From: an uncultured virus (IMG/VR IMGVR_UViG_3300003815_000003) | Taxonomy: Duplodnaviria; Heunggongvirae; Uroviricota; Caudoviricetes | Direction: 5' to 3' (one strand) | Virus record (IMG/VR): IMGVR_UViG_3300003815_000003 | Length of the DNA: 20,000 nucleotides | Shown: piece after piece, positions 8,483 to 15,577 of the stretch | Position numbering within the stretch: the stretch's first letter is position 1 | How the letters are laid out: every line of letters begins with the position of its first letter | Position numbers and translations under genes: made by a program | The notes under the pieces: generated by a model | What the model saw: the letters and a program-made list of their open reading frames with translations, nothing else | What the model was told of the DNA's origin: nothing | Databases searched by the model: none

Positions 8483-8974
8483 ATGAATAATTCTTGCTCA
8501 AATTGTGAAGATTGTCTGGATTGCAACAATTGCAACGATTTAGACACTTGTTCAAAGTGTAATCTTTGTGATTTATGCACAAATTGTGATGTTTGTTATC
8601 TTTGTGATTATTGTAATGATTCACAATATCTTTATTCTTGTTATTATTGTCGAGAATGTTCTTATTGTTATGGATGCAAGAATTGTTTCAACTGTGAAAA
8701 TCTTATTTTTTCCAAACATTGTGAAAATAGTAAATGGCTTATTTTTTGTTTAAAATTAATTGATGAAACGTATCATGCCTTCAATAAGCCGTTGACAAAA
8801 GAAAGGTATCAAGCTATTGTCGAAGAAGTGATTAGAATCCTTCCTAACTGGCAACAAGCAGCAGTAGCAGGATTCTGGCAAACAGTAACAAGGAATCAAT
8901 GGCAAGCATTACAGTTAATTCCTGAATTTGATAAAGAAATCGTCGAAACTATTACAAAAATTACATTAACATGA
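8483..8974 (+). CDS. Cysteine-rich CxxCxxC repeat protein (probable beta-solenoid) with helical C-terminus
   Basis: 22 Cys in residues 5-89, all in a 3-residue register. Confidence 0.75.
   Translation: MNNSCSNCEDCLDCNNCNDLDTCSKCNLCDLCTNCDVCYLCDYCNDSQYLYSCYYCRECSYCYGCKNCFNCENLIFSKHCENSKWLIFCLKLIDETYHAFNKPLTKERYQAIVEEVIRILPNWQQAAVAGFWQTVTRNQWQALQLIPEFDKEIVETITKITLT
8792..8820 (+). promoter_or_regulatory. Possible intragenic sigma70-like promoter
   Basis: TTGACA-17bp-TATTGT inside the Cys-rich gene. Confidence 0.35.
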
Positions 8975-9408
8975 TCTTTCTATATTGTGTATTATTCTAT
9001 ATTATATATTCATATTTCCATGATTATATCATTGATCCTGCAATTCAGTATTATTTTAATATTAAAGGATGTAAGTTTTGTAAAATAACCTTTCAATATA
9101 GAAGATGGAAAGATTCGGGGCATCTTGACGCTTATCCATTATCTACCTATCATGAATTAGCTCATTCAAAACTTTCTGAACCACATGAAATGACGGTTTT
9201 AGTGTCTGATTTAGGTTCTGATCAACCTAATGAAATCTGTGTTGCACCGGTTGACCTTAAAGGTAATTGGATTACTAATACTTTTGATAAAAATAATATG
9301 GTAGAGGTTATACATATTCCGCTTGCACAAGTTAGTAATCGAAGGGATATTCCTTCTGTATCCTTTTGGCAATATCTATATAATGGACAAAAAATTACCT
9401 TAACATGA
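8971..9408 (+). CDS. N-terminally membrane-anchored hypothetical protein, paralog A
   Basis: Hydrophobic N-terminus; RWKD and CVAPVD..GNW motifs shared with 9405-9815. Confidence 0.75.
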   Translation: MIFLYCVLFYIIYSYFHDYIIDPAIQYYFNIKGCKFCKITFQYRRWKDSGHLDAYPLSTYHELAHSKLSEPHEMTVLVSDLGSDQPNEICVAPVDLKGNWITNTFDKNNMVEVIHIPLAQVSNRRDIPSVSFWQYLYNGQKITLT

Positions 9409-9815
9409 TTATTTTCTTTCTCATTCTTTATTTGGTATGTTTATTATTTGATCATACTAATTTTATTCCTTGGGTTATAAATCAACGTAAGAAATATGCA
9501 TTAGTAACTGTGCGTTTCCATCGATGGAAAGATGATGATTGGCATTCTATGGAATTTAAGCCGGAATGTTTTTCAGAAGATGCACGAAAAGAACTTGGGC
9601 CTGAACAAGAAGAATCTTTTTATGTGGAAGTTCTTGATTCTTATTGGAATGGAAATATGTGTTGTGCTGCGGTTGATAAATTAACGGGCGAATGGGTCGG
9701 AGATATTTTTCATATCGGTGAACAAATGAGAGTAAGAACAATACCAGAGAAAAATATTATTTCAACTATTCCCATGAAACTTACATTTTGGGCAGGACTT
9801 CAACCAAAGAAATAA
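9405..9815 (+). CDS. N-terminally membrane-anchored hypothetical protein, paralog B
   Basis: Hydrophobic N-terminus; RWKD, CCAAVD..GEW. Confidence 0.75.
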   Translation: MIIFFLILYLVCLLFDHTNFIPWVINQRKKYALVTVRFHRWKDDDWHSMEFKPECFSEDARKELGPEQEESFYVEVLDSYWNGNMCCAAVDKLTGEWVGDIFHIGEQMRVRTIPEKNIISTIPMKLTFWAGLQPKK

Positions 9816-9817
9816 AT

Positions 9818-9845
9818 TTGACAATAAGTGAATAACTGATAGAAT
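9818..9845 (+). promoter_or_regulatory. Repeated promoter cassette type A, copy 1
   Basis: TTGACA-16bp-TAGAAT with extended TG; contains ATAACTGATAGAA (9832-9844). Confidence 0.8.
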
Positions 9846-9856
9846 ACCTTCTCATT

Positions 9857-10285
9857 ATGAACCTAAAACATCCGACTGATATTCCTAGCCATTGGCCTAA
9901 ACTTAAAGCGCGTAAACGTTCATTTGTTTCTATTCGAGAAGCAAAAGTACCTGAATCTTTTAAAGTCGCTTGGCAAGATTCCGAATTGGTTTCTGATCCT
10001 TCGCTTGATTTGATTATTGTTCAATCAAATGGAACACAATATCCTTGTAAGAAAGATATTTTCTATTCCACTTATCAAGAAGTAGAGAATTTTAATATTT
10101 GGCAAAAGAAAGAACTTTCTACTCTTGTTCAAGTTCCTCAACATTATGAAGTTTCCATTGAAACCCTGGAAGGAACATTGAATAAAGTTGTTTATCCTGA
10201 TTATGTTGTTATTGGTAAGAAGGATGAATTGTATGCAAATAAGAAAGAATGGGCTGATGAAAATCTTGAATTTATCGTTGACTAA
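9857..10285 (+). CDS. PGDYG-like phage protein
   Basis: Two related half-motifs: DLIIVQSNGTQYPCKKDIFYSTY and TLEG...YPDYVVIGKKDELY. Confidence 0.6.
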   Translation: MNLKHPTDIPSHWPKLKARKRSFVSIREAKVPESFKVAWQDSELVSDPSLDLIIVQSNGTQYPCKKDIFYSTYQEVENFNIWQKKELSTLVQVPQHYEVSIETLEGTLNKVVYPDYVVIGKKDELYANKKEWADENLEFIVD

Positions 10286-10305
10286 TTCCAGATAACTGAT
10301 AGAAT
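10278..10305 (+). promoter_or_regulatory. Repeated promoter cassette type A, copy 2
   Basis: TTGACT-16bp-TAGAAT; ATAACTGATAGAA at 10292-10304. Confidence 0.8.
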
Positions 10306-10318
10306 AACTAATAATATT

Positions 10319-10540
10319 ATGGAACCGATGACATCTTTTTATGTAGTTGACACTACTTATGTACCTAAACCTGGATATGGTAACATTCATCTAGGATTTG
10401 AAGTAAAAACCGGTTCAGGAAAAAACCATTTAAAAATTCTTAAAGAAGCATTAGAATTGAAATATCCTGCACCACGTTATACCGTAGAATACCAAACTCC
10501 TGAAAAGTCAGGTTGGGGCAATCCTTCAAACGGATGGTAA
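10319..10540 (+). CDS. Hypothetical protein
   Basis: ORF between two type A promoters. Confidence 0.7.
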   Translation: MEPMTSFYVVDTTYVPKPGYGNIHLGFEVKTGSGKNHLKILKEALELKYPAPRYTVEYQTPEKSGWGNPSNGW

Positions 10541-10545
10541 ACAAT

Positions 10546-10573
10546 TTGACAACTGCTCAATAACTGATAGAAG
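10546..10573 (+). promoter_or_regulatory. Repeated promoter cassette type A, copy 3
   Basis: TTGACA-16bp-TAGAAG; ATAACTGATAGAA at 10560-10572. Confidence 0.75.
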
Positions 10574-10582
10574 TACAATATT

Positions 10583-11212
10583 ATGACTCTTAAAGAATTT
10601 CAAAAACAAAATAAAAATAAACTAGACGAAGAGTTTATTCAGAAATATCCTGATGGACGTATTACATTGGAAAGACGCAAAGACAATTCCCACACTATTT
10701 CTTTGGGATTTAAACGTAATACGTCGAACACATCCTCTTATCGTTTTGGTTTTGGTTGTAAAAATTCCAAACTATATGTATTTGAAGGATTAGGATTTAG
10801 TAAGCAAAATCATTACGATAACATCAATGATGCAGTTAATGCTGCTTACAAATTTAATTTTCCCGATAAACTAATCAAAGCTTTCAAACTTCGATATAAA
10901 GGGAAAGATAGTAAGAAATTCTCCAGAAACAATCCTCAAGAAATCGAAGTAGGAAGTAAAGTTAAAATTAAATATGAGGAAAGAAATTGGCACAAGGATA
11001 TTGATCCCGATACCATTTATGAAGTAGAAAAAGTGGAAGACCATACTGATAAAGATGGATACGTTTATACTATTTTATCCTTTAAAGGATTAGCCAAGAA
11101 TTATTCCACTAAAGAAGAAACTTGTATAGGAAGGGTTCGCTCTTACTTTGCTACCACATTTGATAATGTTGATTTTGAAGCAAATGTTCTTAATCCCTTG
11201 ACAAATGCCTGA
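10583..11212 (+). CDS. Hypothetical protein, possible C-terminal SH3/KOW-like barrel
   Basis: 209-aa ORF; IEVGSKVKIK...IYEVEKV pattern. Confidence 0.7.
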   Translation: MTLKEFQKQNKNKLDEEFIQKYPDGRITLERRKDNSHTISLGFKRNTSNTSSYRFGFGCKNSKLYVFEGLGFSKQNHYDNINDAVNAAYKFNFPDKLIKAFKLRYKGKDSKKFSRNNPQEIEVGSKVKIKYEERNWHKDIDPDTIYEVEKVEDHTDKDGYVYTILSFKGLAKNYSTKEETCIGRVRSYFATTFDNVDFEANVLNPLTNA

Positions 11213-11225
11213 TAACTGATAGAAT
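11198..11225 (+). promoter_or_regulatory. Repeated promoter cassette type A, copy 4
   Basis: TTGACA-16bp-TAGAAT; ATAACTGATAGAA at 11212-11224. Confidence 0.8.
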
Positions 11226-11248
11226 ACACTCTCAACCCAAACAATACT

Positions 11249-11578
11249 ATGAACTCTAATCTACTTGTTAAATATATTCGCCAAACTAAGAAAGAAATTT
11301 CTCCTCGTAAGAAAGCAGTAATGGAACGCACTCGTAAAGTTGGCACACTTATTGCATTCCTTGATTCTGATGAATATATCCGTATTGGATGGTCTGCCCT
11401 TAATACTTGGAGCGATGACAAATTTGATCGTAATGAAGGAATTCGCCTTGCAAAACTTAATACAACGTGTATTCTTTCTCCTGATGTAATCAAAAGCATG
11501 CCTCTAAAGGTTCGCAATGATATTGAACACTTTATTGGACGTGCCGAAAACTATTTCAAGCGTTCAGTAGTTCGTTAA
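11249..11578 (+). CDS. Hypothetical phage protein
   Basis: ORF after a promoter; IGWS...DKFDRNEGIRLA pattern resembles small phage proteins. Confidence 0.7.
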   Translation: MNSNLLVKYIRQTKKEISPRKKAVMERTRKVGTLIAFLDSDEYIRIGWSALNTWSDDKFDRNEGIRLAKLNTTCILSPDVIKSMPLKVRNDIEHFIGRAENYFKRSVVR

Positions 11579-11838
11579 TTTCCCGTTAAGATAAACAACA
11601 AAAAACTAAAATACTATGAAGGTAAAAGAACTAATCGCAGAACTTGCTAAACATAATCCCGAAGCAAAGGTTCTTAATTATATCGAAGAAGCAGAAGAAT
11701 ATGGTAAAACCACTTCTGTTGTCACTATCACAGATCAAGACGAAATGCCTTATGCAAAAGGGGATGTTCCTGAAATTGACGGAGAAGTGGTATTGATTCA
11801 AGGATGGCTCGCATCTTAATTTCCCTTTAACATAAACA
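11575..11838 (+). repeat. 23-bp direct repeat flanking gene 11616-11819
   Basis: TTAATTTCCCGTTAAGATAAACA (11575-11597) vs TTAATTTCCCTTTAACATAAACA (11816-11838), 21/23 identical. Confidence 0.75.
11616..11819 (+). CDS. Small hypothetical phage protein
   Basis: MKVKELIAELAKHNPEAKV N-terminus typical of small phage ORFs. Confidence 0.75.
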   Translation: MKVKELIAELAKHNPEAKVLNYIEEAEEYGKTTSVVTITDQDEMPYAKGDVPEIDGEVVLIQGWLAS

Positions 11839-11845
11839 CAATATT

Positions 11846-12139
11846 ATGAATAAATCGCTTTGTATTACTGCGCCTCGTCTAGATAATCACGATAATGGGT
11901 TTTCTTTAACTCTAAATGGAGAATGGTTTGATCTTGCTAATACGCATGATTTACGAAAACTGAACGAACATAATCTCCGATTACTATTAAAGATGGATCG
12001 TGCTTATGAAAAGGCATTAGCTGAATTTAACCAACAATTCGTTGACAAATATGCTTCTCAAGTGGATACTGTAAATGCCTTACCCGTTGAAACATATGAT
12101 GCATATTGTAAAATCTCAGACGAGATTGACGAAGAATAA
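11846..12139 (+). CDS. Hypothetical protein
   Basis: ORF, 97 aa. Confidence 0.7.
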   Translation: MNKSLCITAPRLDNHDNGFSLTLNGEWFDLANTHDLRKLNEHNLRLLLKMDRAYEKALAEFNQQFVDKYASQVDTVNALPVETYDAYCKISDEIDEE

Positions 12140-12184
12140 ACTATTTAAAATTCCCTCAAACAGCAAATAAACAACAAAACACAC

Positions 12185-12601
12185 ATGACTACTGCTACCA
12201 TCTTCCAACAAAAACTACATTCTTTCTTTACTCGCAATTGTAAGGACAATTTTGCCTCATTTGAAGATTTTCTTAATGATGTTGGTAATCCGCCTCGTCG
12301 CAATATGAAACTTACTCGTAAGTGTATCAAGAAAGGTTATACTCCTGGTAATCTTGTTTGGGCAAAAACCCAAAACCGTTCTAGTGGTTATCTAGTTAAG
12401 ACCTCTTCCGGTAATGTTGCCTCCCTTCGTTCTGCATGTGAACAAGATGGTGTAACTTATCAAAGTGTTCATAATTACATGAATCATTATCCAATTCGTT
12501 CCAATCCACAAGCAGTCTTTGAACTGGTGAAGATGGATAAAAATAGCCGTCGAATGTTCAAACGTAATGCTTTCGTCCATGCAATTAATAATCTTGCATA
12601 A
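12185..12601 (+). CDS. Degenerate HNH-endonuclease-like protein with putative C-terminal DNA-binding helices
   Basis: FEDFLNDVGNPP...LTRKCIKKGYTPGNLVWA aligns by eye to the phage HNH pattern FxxFxxDMGxRP...LDRIDNxxGYxPxNCRWAT, with the DRID residues replaced. SLRSACEQDGVTYQSV is HTH-like. Confidence 0.6.
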   Translation: MTTATIFQQKLHSFFTRNCKDNFASFEDFLNDVGNPPRRNMKLTRKCIKKGYTPGNLVWAKTQNRSSGYLVKTSSGNVASLRSACEQDGVTYQSVHNYMNHYPIRSNPQAVFELVKMDKNSRRMFKRNAFVHAINNLA

Positions 12602-12622
12602 ATTTTCTTAGTTATAAGAAAA

Positions 12623-12698
12623 GTCCCTATAGTGTAACGGATTAGCACCTACGGATTCTACCCGTATAGAAAAAGTTCAAATCTTTTTAGGGATACCA
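12623..12698 (+). tRNA. trnR: tRNA-Arg(UCU) with encoded CCA
   Basis: Acceptor GTCCCTA/TAGGGAT, D stem GTGT/GCAC with GG and A20, anticodon stem TACGG/CCGTA with loop AT-TCT-AC, T arm AAAAG-TTCAAAT-CTTTT, 3' ACCA; 76 nt. Confidence 0.92.
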
Positions 12699-12706
12699 AT
12701 TTAACT

Positions 12707-12738
12707 AAAAAGTCATAAGAATTCTTATGACTTTTTTT
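12707..12738 (+). terminator. Intrinsic terminator / perfect 30-bp palindrome downstream of the tRNA
   Basis: AAAAAGTCATAAGAA|TTCTTATGACTTTTT (12707-12736) running into a T7 tract. Confidence 0.75.
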
Positions 12739-12759
12739 ATCGAATAATAATTTAATAAT

Positions 12760-13206
12760 ATGTTCCGAATTGTAAAAACTGATAATCATGCCTTTGCTGC
12801 TTCCGTTAATCGTGGAGTCAATATTGTTAAAGGGACAGGAAAGGTATGGACTACTCGTAGAGGGGTAGTGAATGCCATTAGCGACACAATTCTAGGATAT
12901 TGTGGATATTTTGGTAATGATGCATGTTTCGATAATCTTTCTATTCATGGGGTAGCGGCTAATTATTATATTCCTGTAAAAGATTTTGTAAATGAGCAAG
13001 AAAGATCGAAGATTAAAGCGGATATTATCGGAAATTCAAAAGGATACAATAAAAGGTTTGCTGATTGGTTGGATAATATTAAAAATATTCAAATTGATCT
13101 TTGGAAAATAGAAACAACTCTTAGACAAGAGTTATATTCTGAATATTTGCTTGCCATTGAAGATAAATGGACTAAGGTAGGAGCGAAATCATTCACCTTT
13201 AACTAA
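12760..13206 (+). CDS. Hypothetical protein
   Basis: 148-aa ORF. Confidence 0.7.
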   Translation: MFRIVKTDNHAFAASVNRGVNIVKGTGKVWTTRRGVVNAISDTILGYCGYFGNDACFDNLSIHGVAANYYIPVKDFVNEQERSKIKADIIGNSKGYNKRFADWLDNIKNIQIDLWKIETTLRQELYSEYLLAIEDKWTKVGAKSFTFN

Positions 13207-13207
13207 T

Positions 13208-13492
13208 ATGAAAACAATCACTTGGGAAGAATTTATTTCAGTCATTAATGATAAAACCACTATCGTTTGTATTGATTCGGCAGAAATCGATTGGTGCATA
13301 GCTGCGGACGAATCTTACATCGAAATTGAAGAATTTAATTCTTATATTTATAAAGAAGATAATGAAACCATTAAAGTCGATGGAAACACCATTTATGTAA
13401 AAGATATGAATCAAGAAGATTTCGTGGATGATATTGAACTTCAAATTTTTAAAAAAGTGCCGTGGAATCGAAATAGCCTTGACAAATACTAA
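13208..13492 (+). CDS. Acidic hypothetical protein, paralog A
   Basis: MKTITWEEFI...LQIFKKVPW shared with 13515-13793. Confidence 0.75.
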   Translation: MKTITWEEFISVINDKTTIVCIDSAEIDWCIAADESYIEIEEFNSYIYKEDNETIKVDGNTIYVKDMNQEDFVDDIELQIFKKVPWNRNSLDKY

Positions 13493-13506
13493 TTAACTGT
13501 TATACT
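13479..13506 (+). promoter_or_regulatory. Promoter, variant of cassette type A
   Basis: TTGACA-16bp-TATACT preceded by TAACTGT; 8 nt before ATG 13515. Confidence 0.75.
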
Positions 13507-13514
13507 CTTAATCT

Positions 13515-13793
13515 ATGAAAACAATTACATGGCAACAATTTATTGATATTATCAAATCACCTGAATCTCTAATCAGTTGGGATAATTTTCTTTGTAATGT
13601 CTCAATTAATGAGGATGGATCAGAAGTGTCATTCTTTTTTGAAGAAGATGGTAATGAATCGCAATGCGAAATTACTAAATGGAACAATCCTAATATTCCA
13701 GTAAACGATAATGTATTGTCGGTATTTGATAATCTTTCTGATGATGTATTTTCGATTGAAATCTTTCGTAAAATGCCTTGGGTAATTAGATAA
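13515..13793 (+). CDS. Acidic hypothetical protein, paralog B
   Basis: MKTITWQQFI...IEIFRKMPW. Confidence 0.75.
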   Translation: MKTITWQQFIDIIKSPESLISWDNFLCNVSINEDGSEVSFFFEEDGNESQCEITKWNNPNIPVNDNVLSVFDNLSDDVFSIEIFRKMPWVIR

Positions 13794-13804
13794 ATCCATT
13801 TCGT

Positions 13805-14095
13805 ATGAAACATCATCCAGAACAGCAAGAAGATGAAATTTATATGGGAATTATTGACTCTCATACTTTCTTTAGCTCTTCTTTTCAAATTTGGAACACT
13901 TGGACAAATAAACGATTAGGTTATGGATTTACAGAAAATCGTATGAGACTAGTGAATGATTGGCGTCCTTGGTTCATTAAAAGGAAAGATGTAGAACAAG
14001 AAATTATCCGAATTCAACAATACGAAACTCATAACAAAGAAGAAAGAATTTCCTTGTTTCAAAAAATGTTGGATAACGGAACAGCATTGTTTTAA
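13805..14095 (+). CDS. Hypothetical protein
   Basis: ORF, 96 aa. Confidence 0.65.
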   Translation: MKHHPEQQEDEIYMGIIDSHTFFSSSFQIWNTWTNKRLGYGFTENRMRLVNDWRPWFIKRKDVEQEIIRIQQYETHNKEERISLFQKMLDNGTALF

Positions 14096-14105
14096 CGAAT
14101 AAAAT

Positions 14106-14133
14106 TTGACAAAGTTTCATTATACGTTAACAT
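14106..14133 (+). promoter_or_regulatory. Sigma70-like promoter for the RuvB-like gene
   Basis: TTGACA-16bp-TAACAT, intergenic. Confidence 0.65.
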
Positions 14134-14170
14134 ATAAATCTCAACGTAATAACCCCTAACTACTCATTAA

Positions 14171-15163
14171 ATGCCTACTGTAATCCATCCTACCTTTGCT
14201 CCTGTTATCGGCCAAAATCTTGCCAAAGAACGCCTTTCGGCAGGTATTAACTCTGTCACTCAAGGTCGGGCAGCAACTCAACCTCTTATTACTGCTCCTT
14301 TTGGTTGTGGCAAAACAGAAGTAGCAAAACGCTATCTAGAAGCCCTAGAAGCTCAAGGATTCCGTTCAATGAGTCTCAATTCTCCCAAAGAAATGCGCCT
14401 TGCTGGGCCTAAATGGGACGAATTTGTTCAAATGGTAATGGACTATACTACTCCTTATGTTATTCATATCGATGAAGCACATGATATGGTGCTTGATTCA
14501 GTTAAGAATATGGTAACTCTTAAAGCCTTTCTTCTTAAGGCAATGGACAAACAAAATACGGGAAGAGATATTCCTATTTCCGATGATCTAGTGACTCGGT
14601 TTGAACGTAATCGAAATGTATTCATTCTTACTACAAATTTTCCCCATCTTCTAGATAAATCCGGTGCATTGCAATCCAGGTTTGATCATATTCAATTGGA
14701 TACTTATGATGAAGAGGAATTGAAAGGTATCCTTGTTCGTATGATGATGTCAAATGAAATGCAATGGGATTCCGAAGAGGTTCTTAATATCATTGCGCGG
14801 TGTGGGAGAGGTTCTGCCCGTCCTATTAAGAATGTTATTGACGAAGCATTGATTATTCATGGTAATGAAAATCCTTTAACGAAAGCACAAGCCTTGCGCA
14901 CTATTCGCCTTTTGCGTATGTTTCCGAAGGGTTTGACGCATGATGAAGTTAAATTGCTTCAAATTTGTCAAAATAAGGAATTGAAAGATAGTCAGGCAAA
15001 TGCAATGATTCCTAGTATGTCTCCTGCTGATCTGCGTAATGCAAAAGGTTACTTGACATCTCCTCAAGTTGGGTTTATGACTATTACCTCGCGAGGTATG
15101 GAAACAACAAGGATTGGTTCTGCATATTTGAATATGTTGTTTACACAGGGTTTCCTTGAATAA
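14171..15163 (+). CDS. ruvB: RuvB-like AAA+ ATPase (Holliday junction branch-migration helicase family), divergent
   Basis: FAPVIGQ, Walker A APFGCGKT, Walker B HIDEAH, sensor TTN, arginine finger LQSRF, lid RGSAR, GLT...YL...GF...TSRG winged-helix end; 330 aa, the size of RuvB. Confidence 0.8.
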   Translation: MPTVIHPTFAPVIGQNLAKERLSAGINSVTQGRAATQPLITAPFGCGKTEVAKRYLEALEAQGFRSMSLNSPKEMRLAGPKWDEFVQMVMDYTTPYVIHIDEAHDMVLDSVKNMVTLKAFLLKAMDKQNTGRDIPISDDLVTRFERNRNVFILTTNFPHLLDKSGALQSRFDHIQLDTYDEEELKGILVRMMMSNEMQWDSEEVLNIIARCGRGSARPIKNVIDEALIIHGNENPLTKAQALRTIRLLRMFPKGLTHDEVKLLQICQNKELKDSQANAMIPSMSPADLRNAKGYLTSPQVGFMTITSRGMETTRIGSAYLNMLFTQGFLE

Positions 15164-15164
15164 T

Positions 15165-15533
15165 ATGAATAAGGCAAATTTAGCAGAAGAACATAAAATT
15201 CATTCTCCTTGGAGTTGGATCGAGTGTATTTCTGCTTATAAATTTCCTAAAGATCAAGATGAATGGGAGAAATGTCCTTCTTGCGGTTTTCGTCCTAAAA
15301 TCTGGGAATTTGATAATGGTAGAAGTACCGCTTGCGCTTGTCGTAAAGAAATAGCGAATATATACAATCATTGGAGCATTTATGCTGAATCGATTGCATC
15401 ATATTATAAAAGAAATAAAACATTGGAAGGTTATGATTCGGATGAATTAAAAAAGAATTGGAATCATTACTGCTTGACAGGTGAAGTTCGCTTTGAACGT
15501 CCTTTAGGCGGTAGAGTAGATAAAAGATGGTAA
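15165..15533 (+). CDS. Zn-finger protein, loosely Lar (restriction alleviation)-like (likely start ATG 15165)
   Basis: CPSCG...CAC...KKNWN. Confidence 0.55.
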   Translation: MNKANLAEEHKIHSPWSWIECISAYKFPKDQDEWEKCPSCGFRPKIWEFDNGRSTACACRKEIANIYNHWSIYAESIASYYKRNKTLEGYDSDELKKNWNHYCLTGEVRFERPLGGRVDKRW

Positions 15534-15577
15534 ACCGTTTGACAAATCATTAACATAGTCTAATATAGAAACATGAA
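15533..15577 (+). repeat. 45-bp promoter-plus-start cassette type B, copy 1
   Basis: AACCGTTTGACAAATCATTAACATAGTCTAATATAGAAACATGAA; TTGACA-16bp-TAATAT, ATG 6 nt later. Confidence 0.9.

Noticed and set aside
7887..8974. Genome-wide TGA recoding, suggested by in-frame TGA-NNN-ATG junctions at 8067 and 8477 and the TGA at 19352
   Set aside because: Several TGA stops form classic ATGA overlaps (6188, 8234, 8971, 9405), and Trp is encoded by TGG throughout.
9832..11224. ATAACTGATAGAA repeats as a CRISPR array
   Set aside because: Spacings of 460, 268 and 652 bp contain whole genes; the repeat is short and part of a promoter.
12655..12661. Reading the tRNA as an amber suppressor (CTA is present in the loop)
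   Set aside because: The stem TACGG/CCGTA centres TCT at 34-36. A CTA register breaks the stem and puts C at 37, and A20 supports Arg identity.
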